Part shown: positions 29,193-39,020 of the stretch, in pieces
Layout: every line of letters begins with the position of its first letter
Numbering within the stretch: position 1 is the first letter of the stretch
From: Candidatus Dormibacteria bacterium
GTDB lineage: Bacteria; Chloroflexota; Dormibacteria; Aeolococcales; Bog-877
Direction of reading: 5' to 3'
Assembly (NCBI GenBank): GCA_046703825.1
Contig: JBJKSO010000115.1
Location: forward strand, 1,890-65,889
DNA length: 64,000 bases
Notes under the pieces: generated by a model
Seen by the model: only the letters and a program-made list of their open reading frames with translations
The model's database searches: none
Told to the model about the DNA's origin: nothing
Made by a program: the position numbers and the translations under genes

Positions 29193-29909
29193 TTGCCCGA
29201 GGACTTCGCCGCCGCCTCCACCCGGGTGGGAGAGTACGCGGCAGCGCTGATCCGGCCCGGGATGCGGCTCGGGCTGGGCACCGGCCGCACCGCCACCGCG
29301 TTTTTGGAGGCGCTCGCGCCAAGACTGCGGGCGGGCCTGGCGGTGCAGGCCCTCTGCACTTCCGAGGCGACGGCGGAGCGCGCCCGCAGGATGGGCATCG
29401 GGCTGCTGGATTCCAGCGTGCCCGAGCTGGACCTGGACGTGGACGGAACCGACGAACTGGACTCCGAGCTCAATCTGCTCAAGGGACGCGGGGGCGCCCT
29501 GGTGCGGGAGAAGATGGTTGCCAGCCGCAGCCGCCGCCTTTGGGTGCTCGGCCAGGAGAGCAAGGTGGTAGCCCGCCTGGGCTCCACTCACGACCTCCCG
29601 GTCGAGGTGACCAAGTTCGACTGGCGCGGTACCCAGGCGACGCTGGAGCGTCTGCTGCCGTGCCGGGTACGCCTGCGCGGCGGCGAGGCCGCCTTCGTGA
29701 CTGACAACGGCAACTACCTGCTCGACCTCAACTTCGAAGTGGCGCCGACCGGGCTCGAACGGGTGGCTGAAGTGCTGCAGGCCGTGCCTGGGGTATTGGG
29801 GCACGGCCTCTTCCTGGGGCTGGCCACCGCTGCTCTGCTGTCGGACGGCGAGCACGTGCGCGTGCTCGGCGACTTGGAGGCGAGGCGCCCGATCCTGCCT
29901 AGATCGTGA
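29193..29909 (+). CDS. rpiA: ribose-5-phosphate isomerase A
   Basis: LGLGTGRTA, DVDGTDELD..LNLLKGRGGALVREKMVA. Confidence 0.85.
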   Translation: MPEDFAAASTRVGEYAAALIRPGMRLGLGTGRTATAFLEALAPRLRAGLAVQALCTSEATAERARRMGIGLLDSSVPELDLDVDGTDELDSELNLLKGRGGALVREKMVASRSRRLWVLGQESKVVARLGSTHDLPVEVTKFDWRGTQATLERLLPCRVRLRGGEAAFVTDNGNYLLDLNFEVAPTGLERVAEVLQAVPGVLGHGLFLGLATAALLSDGEHVRVLGDLEARRPILPRS

Positions 29910-30516
29910 TCCCCCGCTGGCGCCGGTTGAGGATCGTACTCAGGCCCAGGGGGACCACCAGACCCAGAAATGCGGTGATCACGGCAATGCCGTTGGGCAG
30001 GTCCTTCGGCTTTTCCATCCCCACATAGGAGAAGAGCGCCGCCAGCACTGCGGTGATGAGGACCACCGCCGTCGCCGCCAGCACCACCCAGCGAAAGTTC
30101 TCCGGCAGGCTGACCACCAGGTCGGGCCAGCGGCTGCGCACGTACCGGTAGACGTTTACCGCCGCGATCCCGTTGAGGATGCAGGCGCTGATGAAGGCGC
30201 TGATCGCCACGCCGAGGCGAAAGGCGGCCAGTTGGGAGATGACCCAGGCCGAGAAGTTGACCACCAGCAGGCCGATGGGAGTGGCCAGCCCGATGGCCGG
30301 CAGGATACAGGCCCGCCAGTCCTGGGGAAATGGGATGAACAGACCGTTTGGGCTGACCCCCTCCGCGCTCCGCCGCAGCCGGCTGACCTGCTCCGGACTG
30401 GTACCTTGAGATCGCAACCGTCTGCCCTCGCGCTTCCCCGCTGGGAGGTGTCCGCCGGAGTTCGATTGTTCGATTGATGGTACGCGGCGGGTGAACCTGC
30501 TCGACCTGGTCATCAT
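29899..30516 (-). CDS. hypothetical membrane protein (4-5 TM helices); start uncertain
   Basis: Hydrophobic helices from about aa 60. The ORF as drawn overlaps the divergent marP-like start, so the real start is probably internal. Confidence 0.4.
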   Translation of the reverse strand: MMTRSSRFTRRVPSIEQSNSGGHLPAGKREGRRLRSQGTSPEQVSRLRRSAEGVSPNGLFIPFPQDWRACILPAIGLATPIGLLVVNFSAWVISQLAAFRLGVAISAFISACILNGIAAVNVYRYVRSRWPDLVVSLPENFRWVVLAATAVVLITAVLAALFSYVGMEKPKDLPNGIAVITAFLGLVVPLGLSTILNRRQRGITI

Positions 30517-31669
30517 CCTCGTCCTGCTCTACGAGGCCGTGGTCGGTTACCGGCGAGGGCTGAGCTACTCGCTGCTGAGCGTGGCTGGGGTACTGCTCGG
30601 GATCGTGGCCGGTTCCTGGCTGGCGACCCTGATCCCGACCGCCGTCACCACCATGCCGCTGGCGGTCCGCTCGGGGCTGGCTGCGGTGCTGATCCTGATC
30701 ATGGCCTGGATCGGTCACGCCCTCGGCGCCCGCGCGGGGGTGCGGGCCCGGCTGGGCGCGCTCAGGATCCACCTGGGCGTCTTCGACTCCTTGGGCGGAT
30801 TGACCTGGGGTCTGCTGGCGGTCCTGGCGGCGGTGTGGTACCTGGGTTCGGTGCTGGCCGCCGGACCCTGGCCCGCGCTGGCAGCGAGCATCCGCGGCTC
30901 TACCATCGTCTCGGCGCTGAGATCCGACTTCCCTCAGGCGCCGGTCTGGTTTGGCTCCCTCCAGAGGTTGTTCGCCGAGGTGCCCTTCCCGCCGACCTTC
31001 GTGGGCATCGTCCCCCTGCTGCCCGCGGGGGTGCCGCCGGCGGCAACGGTGGCCGGCAATCCGGCGATCAACGCCGCCGCCCGGGAAACGGTCAAGGTGG
31101 TCAGCGCGGGCTGCGGCGGCTTGATCGAGGGAAGTGGCTTCCCGGTGGCCCCCGACGTCATCCTCACCAACGCCCACGTGGTCGCGGGCGGGCATGACAC
31201 CCAGGTGCTGGTTCCCGGTGCCGGCGGCCCGCTCGCGGCCACGGTGGTCTTCTTCGACCCCGAGCGAGACCTGGCGCTGCTGCACGTGCCCGGGCTCGGG
31301 CTCACCCCGCTCTCGTTCTCGGGTACCGTCCAGCGCGGGACGGGTGGGGCGGTGATCGGGTACCCCGGCGGCGGCCCCGAGCGAATCGTCCCGGCCGCCG
31401 TGGATGCGGTGCTGAACGCCCAGGGCGCCAACATCTATTCCCAGGGAACGGTCAACCGGCAGATCTACGTGATCGAGGCCAACGTCCAGCCGGGCAACTC
31501 GGGCGGCCCTCTGCTGAACCTCAAAGGGCGGGTGCTGGGGGTCGTCTATGCCAAGTCGCTGGAGGTCACCAACCAGGCCTACGCGCTCACCAGCGGGGAG
31601 GTGCGCCAGGACGTGAGCCGAGGGCGGCAAGACACCGCCCCGGTTTCCACCCAAGCCTGTGCGGCTTAG
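30491..31669 (+). CDS. MarP-like membrane-anchored serine protease (CvpA-family 4-TM domain + trypsin-like S1 protease)
   Basis: N-terminal 4-TM domain; catalytic triad context TNAHVV...DLALL...GNSGGPL. Confidence 0.8.
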   Translation: MNLLDLVIILVLLYEAVVGYRRGLSYSLLSVAGVLLGIVAGSWLATLIPTAVTTMPLAVRSGLAAVLILIMAWIGHALGARAGVRARLGALRIHLGVFDSLGGLTWGLLAVLAAVWYLGSVLAAGPWPALAASIRGSTIVSALRSDFPQAPVWFGSLQRLFAEVPFPPTFVGIVPLLPAGVPPAATVAGNPAINAAARETVKVVSAGCGGLIEGSGFPVAPDVILTNAHVVAGGHDTQVLVPGAGGPLAATVVFFDPERDLALLHVPGLGLTPLSFSGTVQRGTGGAVIGYPGGGPERIVPAAVDAVLNAQGANIYSQGTVNRQIYVIEANVQPGNSGGPLLNLKGRVLGVVYAKSLEVTNQAYALTSGEVRQDVSRGRQDTAPVSTQACAA

Positions 31670-31689
31670 AGGTTTGATTAGGCAACCTA

Positions 31690-31704
31690 CTTAGGTAAAC
31701 TAAG
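31690..31704. promoter_or_regulatory. inverted repeat CTTAGgtaaaCTAAG immediately upstream of the MarR start (candidate MarR box)
   Basis: Perfect 5-bp arms; additional TTAGG repeat just upstream. Confidence 0.35.
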
Positions 31705-31707
31705 CAC

Positions 31708-32148
31708 GTGCCCGTCGCCTCCCCTTCGCTGGCCGGACTGTCCAGCCGTCTGCCCGCCCTGCTCAACCGCCTGGGCCGCCGCCTGCGTCAGGCCGCGGAT
31801 GAACTTTCGTTGCCGCCGGGGCACTTCGCGGTGCTGCTCTACCTTGCCGAGCACCCCGTGGCCACGGTGACCGAGCTGGCTCTCCACGAGGGAGTGCGGC
31901 TTCCCTCGATGACCGAGGTGCTGAAAGAGATGGAGCGGGACGGGCTCGTCGCCAAGCAGGCGTCGCCGGACGATCGCCGTCGCCAGCTGGTCAGCGTGAC
32001 CAAGGCCGGGGCGCGCGCCACCGAGGCGGCGCGCCAAGCGCGCTCGGTCTGGCTGGAGGCGCGGCTGGCCCACCTGACCGCAGCCGAGGTGCGCTCCCTG
32101 GAGCGCGCCCTGCCAGCGTTGGAACACCTGGTCGGCAACCCCCGCTGA
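31708..32148 (+). CDS. MarR family transcriptional regulator
   Basis: Winged HTH ...LAEHPVATVTELALHEGVRLPSMTEVLKEMERDGLVAK...; GTG start. Confidence 0.8.
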   Translation: MPVASPSLAGLSSRLPALLNRLGRRLRQAADELSLPPGHFAVLLYLAEHPVATVTELALHEGVRLPSMTEVLKEMERDGLVAKQASPDDRRRQLVSVTKAGARATEAARQARSVWLEARLAHLTAAEVRSLERALPALEHLVGNPR

Positions 32149-32150
32149 CA

Positions 32151-33548
32151 GTGTCGCCAAGAGGGATCACCGGCCGGACCTTTCAAGCCCTCAGCACCCG
32201 CAACTACCGCCTGTTCTTCTTCGGCCAGCTGGTGTCGGTGACGGGCAGTTGGCTGCAGAGCACGGCCCAGGCGTGGCTGATCCTGGAGCTCACCCACTCC
32301 ACTCTGATGCTGGGTCTCCTGGTCACGGCCCAGTTTCTGCCCAACCTGCTCTTGCAGCCCCTGGGCGGCCTGGTCGCCGATCGGCTACCCAAGCGCCGGA
32401 CCCTTATCGCAACCCAGAGCAGCTTTGCCTTGGTGGCGGCCGCCTTGGGCATCAGCGAGGGCCTCCACATCGCCACCGCGCCGGAGGTGTTCGGGGTGGT
32501 GGTGCTGTTCGGGCTGATCAATGTGGTGGACGGTCCCACCCGCCAGGCCTTCGTGACCGAGATGGTGGGGTCGACCCAGCTGCCGAACGCGGTGGCGCTG
32601 AACTCGATGGTCTTCAACGGCGCCCGGGTGGTCGGACCCGCGGTCGCCGGGCTGCTGATCGCCACGGTTGGCACCGACGTCTGCTTCGACCTCAACGCCG
32701 TCTCCTACCTGGCAGTGATCGGCGGGCTGGCCCTGATGGATTCCGGCCGCCTTTACCTGGCGGCCCGGCGTGCCACCGGCGCAGGCGCCTGGGGGCAGAT
32801 CCGAGAGGGCGTCGCCTTCGCCCGGCGCACCCGGGAGGTGGCGCTGGTGATCGCCCTGATGGCGGTCGTCGGCACCTTCTCCTTCAACCTCAGCGTCATG
32901 ATCCCGGCGATGGCCCGGAACGGGCTCCACGCCGGGGCGACCGGGTTCGGACTTCTCAGCACTTCGCTCGGGATCGGAGCGCTTTTGGGAGCCCTGGGCG
33001 TGGCCTATGCCAGCCGGGCCTCGGTGCCGGCGCTGCTGGCCGGCTGCGCCACTTTCGGAGCCTTCATGGTGCTGGCCTCGCGCGCCGGGTCGCTCGGAGA
33101 GGCGATGGTGCTACTGGCGGTGGCCGGAGCCGGAATGATCGTCTACTCCTCGATGTCGAACAGCGTCATTCAGCTCTTCACGCCCGGGGAGCTCCGGGGC
33201 CGGGTGATGGCTCTCTACCTCTGGGTGTTCATGGGCTCCACACCCATCGGCAGCCCCCTGGCCGGCCTGGTGGAGCAGGATTGGGGCAGCCGGGCGACCC
33301 TGGCGCTGGCCGGAAGCTTCGCGCTACTGACCGCCGCCGTCGGGGCCGTCTACTGGCGCCGGAGCCGGCGCGCCAAGGTGACCCAGGGCCGAGCCACCCG
33401 CCGAGTGGTAGCCGCCGTCGACGTGGACGATCTCCCCGGTCGTGGCCGGGAAGTAGTCCGAGAGCAGGGCCACGACGGCCTTGCCGACCGGGGAGGAGTC
33501 CCGGGGATCCCAGCCCAGCGGGGCGCGGTCGGAGAAGGCCTGGGGTAG
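32151..33548 (+). CDS. MFS transporter
   Basis: 12 TM helices. The hydrophilic C-terminal ~65 aa is antisense to the fabI 3' end. Confidence 0.8.
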   Translation: MSPRGITGRTFQALSTRNYRLFFFGQLVSVTGSWLQSTAQAWLILELTHSTLMLGLLVTAQFLPNLLLQPLGGLVADRLPKRRTLIATQSSFALVAAALGISEGLHIATAPEVFGVVVLFGLINVVDGPTRQAFVTEMVGSTQLPNAVALNSMVFNGARVVGPAVAGLLIATVGTDVCFDLNAVSYLAVIGGLALMDSGRLYLAARRATGAGAWGQIREGVAFARRTREVALVIALMAVVGTFSFNLSVMIPAMARNGLHAGATGFGLLSTSLGIGALLGALGVAYASRASVPALLAGCATFGAFMVLASRAGSLGEAMVLLAVAGAGMIVYSSMSNSVIQLFTPGELRGRVMALYLWVFMGSTPIGSPLAGLVEQDWGSRATLALAGSFALLTAAVGAVYWRRSRRAKVTQGRATRRVVAAVDVDDLPGRGREVVREQGHDGLADRGGVPGIPAQRGAVGEGLG

Positions 33549-34157
33549 GCTGGCGAACCCTGGGATACCCTTGGCGGCGGTGGTGAACACCGGCCCGGCA
33601 GAGACGGCGTTGACGCGAATGCGCCGGTTGCCCAGGTACTGCGCCAGATAGCGCACCACGGCTTCCAAGGCGGCTTTCGACACCCCCATCCAGTCGTAGC
33701 CGGGCCAGGCCAGGGAGGCGTCGAAGTCCAGCGTGACCACGCTGCCACCGCCTTCGGGGACCAGCGGTTCCAGCGCCGTTACCAGCTGCTTCAGGGAGAA
33801 GGCGCTCACCCTAAGCGCGGTCGCGGCCGACTCCCAGGGCGTGCTGAGGAAGCCGCCGCCCAGCGCCTCCGGCGGGGCGAAGGCCACCCCGTGCACGATG
33901 CCGTCGACGGACCAGCCCCGCCGGCGCAGCTGGTCGGCGAGCGCAAGGAAATCCTCCTCTCGGGTCACGTCCAGCTCCAGCACCGGGGGCTCCGGCCGCA
34001 GCCGGGAGGCCGAGCGGCGGGTGAGGCTCATCGGACGGCCGAACGAGGTCAGCACCACCTCGGCGCCGTCGCGCTGAGCCTGCTCGGCGACCGCGAACGG
34101 AAGCGACGCGGGCGTGAGCACGCCGGTGACCAAAATCCGCTTCCCTTCCAGCAACAT
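33324..34157 (-). CDS. fabI: enoyl-[acyl-carrier-protein] reductase (NADH), InhA/FabI type
   Basis: MLLEGKRILVTGV Rossmann start (ATG top 34157 by frame arithmetic); SDR fold. ORF track begins at 34292. Confidence 0.8.
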   Translation of the reverse strand: MLLEGKRILVTGVLTPASLPFAVAEQAQRDGAEVVLTSFGRPMSLTRRSASRLRPEPPVLELDVTREEDFLALADQLRRRGWSVDGIVHGVAFAPPEALGGGFLSTPWESAATALRVSAFSLKQLVTALEPLVPEGGGSVVTLDFDASLAWPGYDWMGVSKAALEAVVRYLAQYLGNRRIRVNAVSAGPVFTTAAKGIPGFASLPQAFSDRAPLGWDPRDSSPVGKAVVALLSDYFPATTGEIVHVDGGYHSAGGSALGHLGAPAPAPVDGPDGGGQ

Positions 34158-34241
34158 GGGCACGGCAAGATTACCGACTGGCACCGACCCAGCTGTACAG
34201 AAGCGGGCAATCCGAACGGGAACGGCTAATATGTCTCGAGG

Positions 34242-35291
34242 ATGGCCGCCGGAACCAGGCCACGGCGCCGTCGCGCCGGGCTCGCGACTCACAAGACGAC
34301 TTTCTCATGGGGCCGGCACAAGACGTTGGCGTCTCTGTTGCTCGTGCTTGGCTTCGCCTTCTCTGGCCTCGCGGGCGCGGTTGCCTACTTTCTCCCTGCC
34401 ATATCCGCCGCGGTCCAATCCACCGGCGGGAAGACGACCGGGCGCGCAGGGCAGAACAAGCTGCACCCGGCCAAGCTTGGAAGCGGCTCAACCAACGCTG
34501 TGAGCAGCGGCAATTCTTTCACCGTGCTGCTGCTGGGATCCGACAACGACTCCAAGTTCGTCAGCAGCCACGTGCTCACCCAGACGATGATTTTGGTGCG
34601 GGTCAACCCGCAGAGCCATCAGGTGGTGATGCTCTCGATTCCCAGAGATCTGTGGGTGCAGCTCTCAACCGGCGGCTATGCCAAGATCGATGCCGCGTAC
34701 TCGCTAGGGGGCGCCGCCGCTGCGATTCAGACGGTTGAAAACGACTTCCAGGTTCAGATCAACTACTGGGCCTGGATCGGGCTCGGCGGCTTGGTCAACC
34801 TGGTGAACCAGCTGGGCGGCGTCAACGTCAACGCCCAAATGCCGGTTCTAGACGACCAGTACCCCTACGATCTGACCGGCAGCAACCCGTACGCGTACGA
34901 GCGGATCGCAGTCCTCCCCGGTCCGCAGCGGCTCAACGGCACCAACGCGCTGGAATATGTCCGCTCTCGCCACGGCGACATCCTTGAGGACATAGCGCGT
35001 GCTCAGAAGCAGCAGCAGCTGCTGCTGGACATCAAGTCCGCAGCCAAAACGATGAGCCTGTTCGACGTGCCAAGAATAGCGGCGGCGCTGAATGGATCGA
35101 TAAAGACCGATATGAGTTTGACCCAGATCAATCAGCTGTTGCCGCTGGCCCGCGCGGTCACTGGTGGCAACGTCAAGCAGATCGTGCTCTACTCCAGCTA
35201 CTACACCGGGCAGGTCATCAGCGGTCAGGACGCACTGGTTCCCAACTGGCCAGCGATCAACTCCCTGGTCTCCCAGTACTTCCCGGCGTGA
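34242..35291 (+). CDS. LCP family (LytR-CpsA-Psr) cell-envelope polymer transferase
   Basis: N-terminal TM then TVLLLGSDND...; R-rich cytoplasmic tail. Confidence 0.85.
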   Translation: MAAGTRPRRRRAGLATHKTTFSWGRHKTLASLLLVLGFAFSGLAGAVAYFLPAISAAVQSTGGKTTGRAGQNKLHPAKLGSGSTNAVSSGNSFTVLLLGSDNDSKFVSSHVLTQTMILVRVNPQSHQVVMLSIPRDLWVQLSTGGYAKIDAAYSLGGAAAAIQTVENDFQVQINYWAWIGLGGLVNLVNQLGGVNVNAQMPVLDDQYPYDLTGSNPYAYERIAVLPGPQRLNGTNALEYVRSRHGDILEDIARAQKQQQLLLDIKSAAKTMSLFDVPRIAAALNGSIKTDMSLTQINQLLPLARAVTGGNVKQIVLYSSYYTGQVISGQDALVPNWPAINSLVSQYFPA

Positions 35292-36319
35292 AGTCGTTCC
35301 TCGCAGCGGTGGCGGCCATGGGACTGATGGCGATCTTCGGCCTGGTCATCTATTCGATCCTGGGAACGCTGCAGACCACCACCAACCACTCCCACAATCC
35401 CACCAAGACCTCGGCGCTGATCTCTCTTCCCGGCAAGGTGGTGGTGGCCCAAAACGGATCGCTTTACCAGCTGCAAGGTCTGACCTTCACCAAGCTGTCC
35501 ACGCCGCCCGGCTACTGGATGCAGGCATCGGTGGCCCCCAACGGCGACCTGGTGGCGGTTGACCGCACCAGCAGCTACTCCGACGTCTACTTGCTGAACT
35601 CCCAGGGCCACCAGGTGAGCCTGCTGCTGCAGGAGAGCGCGTCCCAGCTGCTCAACAACCACTGGGTCTTCTACCCCCGGGTGGCCAGCAACGGCACCCT
35701 CTTCTACGCTTGGGACTGGCACGACCCCTACGCCAGCTACAACGTCGACTTCCAGATCCAGGCGGTGCCGCTCAACAATCCCGGCGCCAGCGCGACCATC
35801 TGGAGCACCCCCAACAACTACCAGGGCGGGGACGTCGAGCCTGCCCCCCTCAGCAACGGCGGGGTGATCTACGCCAAGTACTACGTGGGCGGCTCTTTGG
35901 CCCCGAGCCCGGGCGCTACATACTCGATCCTCAGCTACGCCTCCTCCCCCTATGCCAACCCCGTCAACCTGACCACGGCATCCGAGAACTGCAGCCAGCC
36001 CTCCATCTCCCCCACCGGCACCGAGGTGGCCATGATCTGCACCAACGTCACCTTGCAGACCAGCACCATCGACATCGCCACCTGGAACGGGACCAGCCTG
36101 GGTACGCCCCAGGTGGTGGCGCCTGGACCGCTGGACGCTAGCCCCAGCTGGTCCCCAGACGGCAAGAGCCTCCTCTTCCTGAACCCCAGTCCAACCAAGG
36201 CCTCCCAGTTCCAGCTGTTCTGGATCCCCAACGTGCTCGCCGCCCACCCCTCGGCACCCCGGCAGGTCACCCAGGGCCTCAACCTGGACGCTCTGTCCGC
36301 TCCGGTGTGGACCAGCTGA
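35288..36319 (+). CDS. secreted beta-propeller (TolB/PD40-like) protein
   Basis: Signal/TM anchor; PD40-type repeats (SPSWSPDGKSL, VAPNGDLVA, ISPTGTEVA). GTGA overlap with the LCP gene. Confidence 0.55.
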   Translation: MKSFLAAVAAMGLMAIFGLVIYSILGTLQTTTNHSHNPTKTSALISLPGKVVVAQNGSLYQLQGLTFTKLSTPPGYWMQASVAPNGDLVAVDRTSSYSDVYLLNSQGHQVSLLLQESASQLLNNHWVFYPRVASNGTLFYAWDWHDPYASYNVDFQIQAVPLNNPGASATIWSTPNNYQGGDVEPAPLSNGGVIYAKYYVGGSLAPSPGATYSILSYASSPYANPVNLTTASENCSQPSISPTGTEVAMICTNVTLQTSTIDIATWNGTSLGTPQVVAPGPLDASPSWSPDGKSLLFLNPSPTKASQFQLFWIPNVLAAHPSAPRQVTQGLNLDALSAPVWTS

Positions 36320-36326
36320 GGTCGAA

Positions 36327-38996
36327 CTAGCTGGGGGACGACCCCGGCACGGGAGACCGCCAGGGGTCGCTGAGCTCCCCTACCAGCAGCGCCACCAGCG
36401 CTGTCCAGCCGGTCTGATGGGCGGCTCCATGGCCCCGCCCGTCCTCGCCGTCGAAGTACTCGCGGAAGAGCAGGCAGTCGTGCCAGCCGGGATCGGTCTG
36501 GAACTTCTCGCTCTCGCCGAAGACCGGCCGCCTCCCCCGCTGGTCGTTGCGGAATATGGCCACCATCGAGTCGGCCACCCGGTCGGCGATGGTGGTGAGC
36601 AAGGCCGGCCTTCCCTCTGGGCTGGGAAAGGGCTGAGTGAAGGAGCGGCCCAATCCCACCGCCAGCAGCCGCAGCGCCTGGATCAGCAGGTAGCTGGTCG
36701 GAAACCAGATCGGACCCCGCCAGTTGGAGTTGCCGCCCATGATGCGCTCCTCCGAGGTTCCCGGCTCGTAGCGCACCGGGGGCATGTCCGGCAGCAGACG
36801 GCTCCGGTAGGGCTGGTCCAGATGGAACCGCGAGAGCGAGCGTAGACCATGCTGCGAGAGGAATTCCGCGGGATCGAGCATGCTGGCGAGCAAGCGACGC
36901 AGCCGGTCGGGAGCCACCAGGGTCAGGCAGGCGTAGGGATCCTCGCTCCGTGCCCTGCGGTAATGGAAGGCTCCCGACCGGGCGGCCACCTCCAGCTGCC
37001 GCTCGATGCTCGGCACGCGGTCCAGGGTGTGCTGGTGCACCACCTCGCTGGCGACCATCGGCATGAGGCCCACCAGGCTGCGCACTTTGATCTGCTCGGT
37101 GCGGCCGTCCGGCAAGCGCAACCGGTCGTAGTAAAAGCCGTCCACCTCGTTCCACAATCCGCTGAGTCGTCCGGCCCCATTGAGCGCCTCCGCGATGTGA
37201 ACGTAATGCTCGAAGAAGTGCAGCGCCATGTCTGAGTATTGCGGCTCTTCCATCGCCAGCTCGGCTGCGATCCGGAACATTTTCACCGCGAACATCCCCA
37301 TCCACGCGGTGGCGTCGGCTTGGGCCAGCTGCGCCCCCGGCGGAAGGTGGCTGCGATCGACCGCCGAAATGTTGTCCAGACCGAGGAATCCGCCCGAGAA
37401 GATGTTCTGATCGCCCAAATCGCGCCGGTTAACCCACCAGCCGTAATCGAACAACAGCGCCAGGAAGGCGCGCTCCAAAAATGCGCGGTCGGGGACGCCG
37501 GTGCGGTTGCGGTCGCGCACGTAGACGTGCCACACCGCCATCGCGTGCACTGGCGGGTTGCAGTCGCTGAAGTCCCACTCATAGGCGGGCAACTGACCGT
37601 CCTCATGGATGTAGCGCGTCTCCAGCAATAGCATCAGCTGCTGCTTGGCCATCTGCGAGTCGATCGCCTCCAGCGCCAGGGCATGGAATGCAAGGTCCCA
37701 GGCCGCGAACCAGGGGTATTCCCAACTGTCGGGCATAACGATGACGTCGGCCGCCCTGAGCCGGCCCCATTCCGAGTTGCGCCCGCGTTGGCGCTCGGGC
37801 GGCGGTGGTGAGGCGGGGTCTCCAGACAGCCAGCGCTCGACGTCGTACTCGTAGTACTGCTGCGACCAGAGCAACCCGGACCACGCCTGCCGCTGGATCA
37901 TCCTGTCCTCCGCACTGGCGTTGGCCGCGCAGGCATTGGAGTAGAAGCGGCGAGCCCGGGCGCGACCGCGGCTGAGCATCGCATCAACCTGGTCGGGACC
38001 GACCGCGGCGTCAGCAGTCCAGACGAGGCGGACCAGCCGCGACCCCCCGGGAGGGATCTTGAGGCGAAAGTGCGCTGCCGCCCGGGTGCCGGTCGCCTCG
38101 GGCCGACAGAGCCCAGGGTTGCCCGCCAGCACCGCTCTCGCGATGGCGTCCTTGGGATAGTCGGTGCGTGGGGGCTGGCCGAAGAGCGCCGGGGCGTCGG
38201 TCTCGTTGTCGCACATGAGCCACTCGAAGGCACCGGCCGCCTGCAGGCAATAGTCGCCGAGTTCGGGATGCGACAGGCTCACGCGGTCGGCGCGGGCCCT
38301 GAGGATCGCGGGAGGCGTCCCGCCTTCGTTCCACGCCCAGGTGTTGCGGAGCCAGACCTGGGGCAGCAGATGCAGCTCCCCCGCCTCCCGGCTGTGGTTG
38401 GTGACCCGAAACCGCCATCCCAAGATCGATGGTTTGGCCTTGCCGTACTCCACCTGGACAGACCAGTAGCGATCATCCTCGAAGTAGCCGAGATCGAGCA
38501 GATTGAGCTCTGGTCCCGGCTGGGAGTTACGGCGCAGGAGTTCCTCGTACGGAAACGCGGCCATCGGGTAGCGGTACACAGCGCGCAGGTAGCGGCCATC
38601 GGGCAGGGCGTCCAGGTAGTGCCAGTACTCCTTGACATCCTCGCCGTGGTTTCCCTGCGCGTTGCTGAGTCCGAACGCGCGCTCCTTCAGGCAGGCGTCC
38701 TGGCCGTTCCACAGAGCGAAACTCAGGCACACCCGCTGCCGGCGATCACAGACTCCGAGCAGACCGTCTTCCCCCCAGCGGTAGGCGCGCCTGCTTGCCT
38801 GCTCGTAGGGGAAGTAGCTCCAGGCGTCGCCGTCGGCGCTGTAATCCTCGCGGACGGTGCCCCACTGTCGCATCGACAGGTATGGGCCCCACAGGAACCA
38901 GTCCGCCGCCACTTGCCGCGGTTGCCGCCGGCCGCGCCGGAAGAGGGGGCGGGACGACGGCACCAAGCGATTGTCGCACCCCGGGCAGCTGCCCAA
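36327..38996 (-). CDS. glycoside hydrolase family 63-like (MGH1/processing alpha-glucosidase-like) protein
   Basis: N-terminal WGPYLSMRQWGTVREDYS motif; 889 aa. Confidence 0.65.
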   Translation of the reverse strand: MGSCPGCDNRLVPSSRPLFRRGRRQPRQVAADWFLWGPYLSMRQWGTVREDYSADGDAWSYFPYEQASRRAYRWGEDGLLGVCDRRQRVCLSFALWNGQDACLKERAFGLSNAQGNHGEDVKEYWHYLDALPDGRYLRAVYRYPMAAFPYEELLRRNSQPGPELNLLDLGYFEDDRYWSVQVEYGKAKPSILGWRFRVTNHSREAGELHLLPQVWLRNTWAWNEGGTPPAILRARADRVSLSHPELGDYCLQAAGAFEWLMCDNETDAPALFGQPPRTDYPKDAIARAVLAGNPGLCRPEATGTRAAAHFRLKIPPGGSRLVRLVWTADAAVGPDQVDAMLSRGRARARRFYSNACAANASAEDRMIQRQAWSGLLWSQQYYEYDVERWLSGDPASPPPPERQRGRNSEWGRLRAADVIVMPDSWEYPWFAAWDLAFHALALEAIDSQMAKQQLMLLLETRYIHEDGQLPAYEWDFSDCNPPVHAMAVWHVYVRDRNRTGVPDRAFLERAFLALLFDYGWWVNRRDLGDQNIFSGGFLGLDNISAVDRSHLPPGAQLAQADATAWMGMFAVKMFRIAAELAMEEPQYSDMALHFFEHYVHIAEALNGAGRLSGLWNEVDGFYYDRLRLPDGRTEQIKVRSLVGLMPMVASEVVHQHTLDRVPSIERQLEVAARSGAFHYRRARSEDPYACLTLVAPDRLRRLLASMLDPAEFLSQHGLRSLSRFHLDQPYRSRLLPDMPPVRYEPGTSEERIMGGNSNWRGPIWFPTSYLLIQALRLLAVGLGRSFTQPFPSPEGRPALLTTIADRVADSMVAIFRNDQRGRRPVFGESEKFQTDPGWHDCLLFREYFDGEDGRGHGAAHQTGWTALVALLVGELSDPWRSPVPGSSPS

Positions 38997-39020
38997 ATCC
39001 GGTCTCCCCTGTTGGACGCC

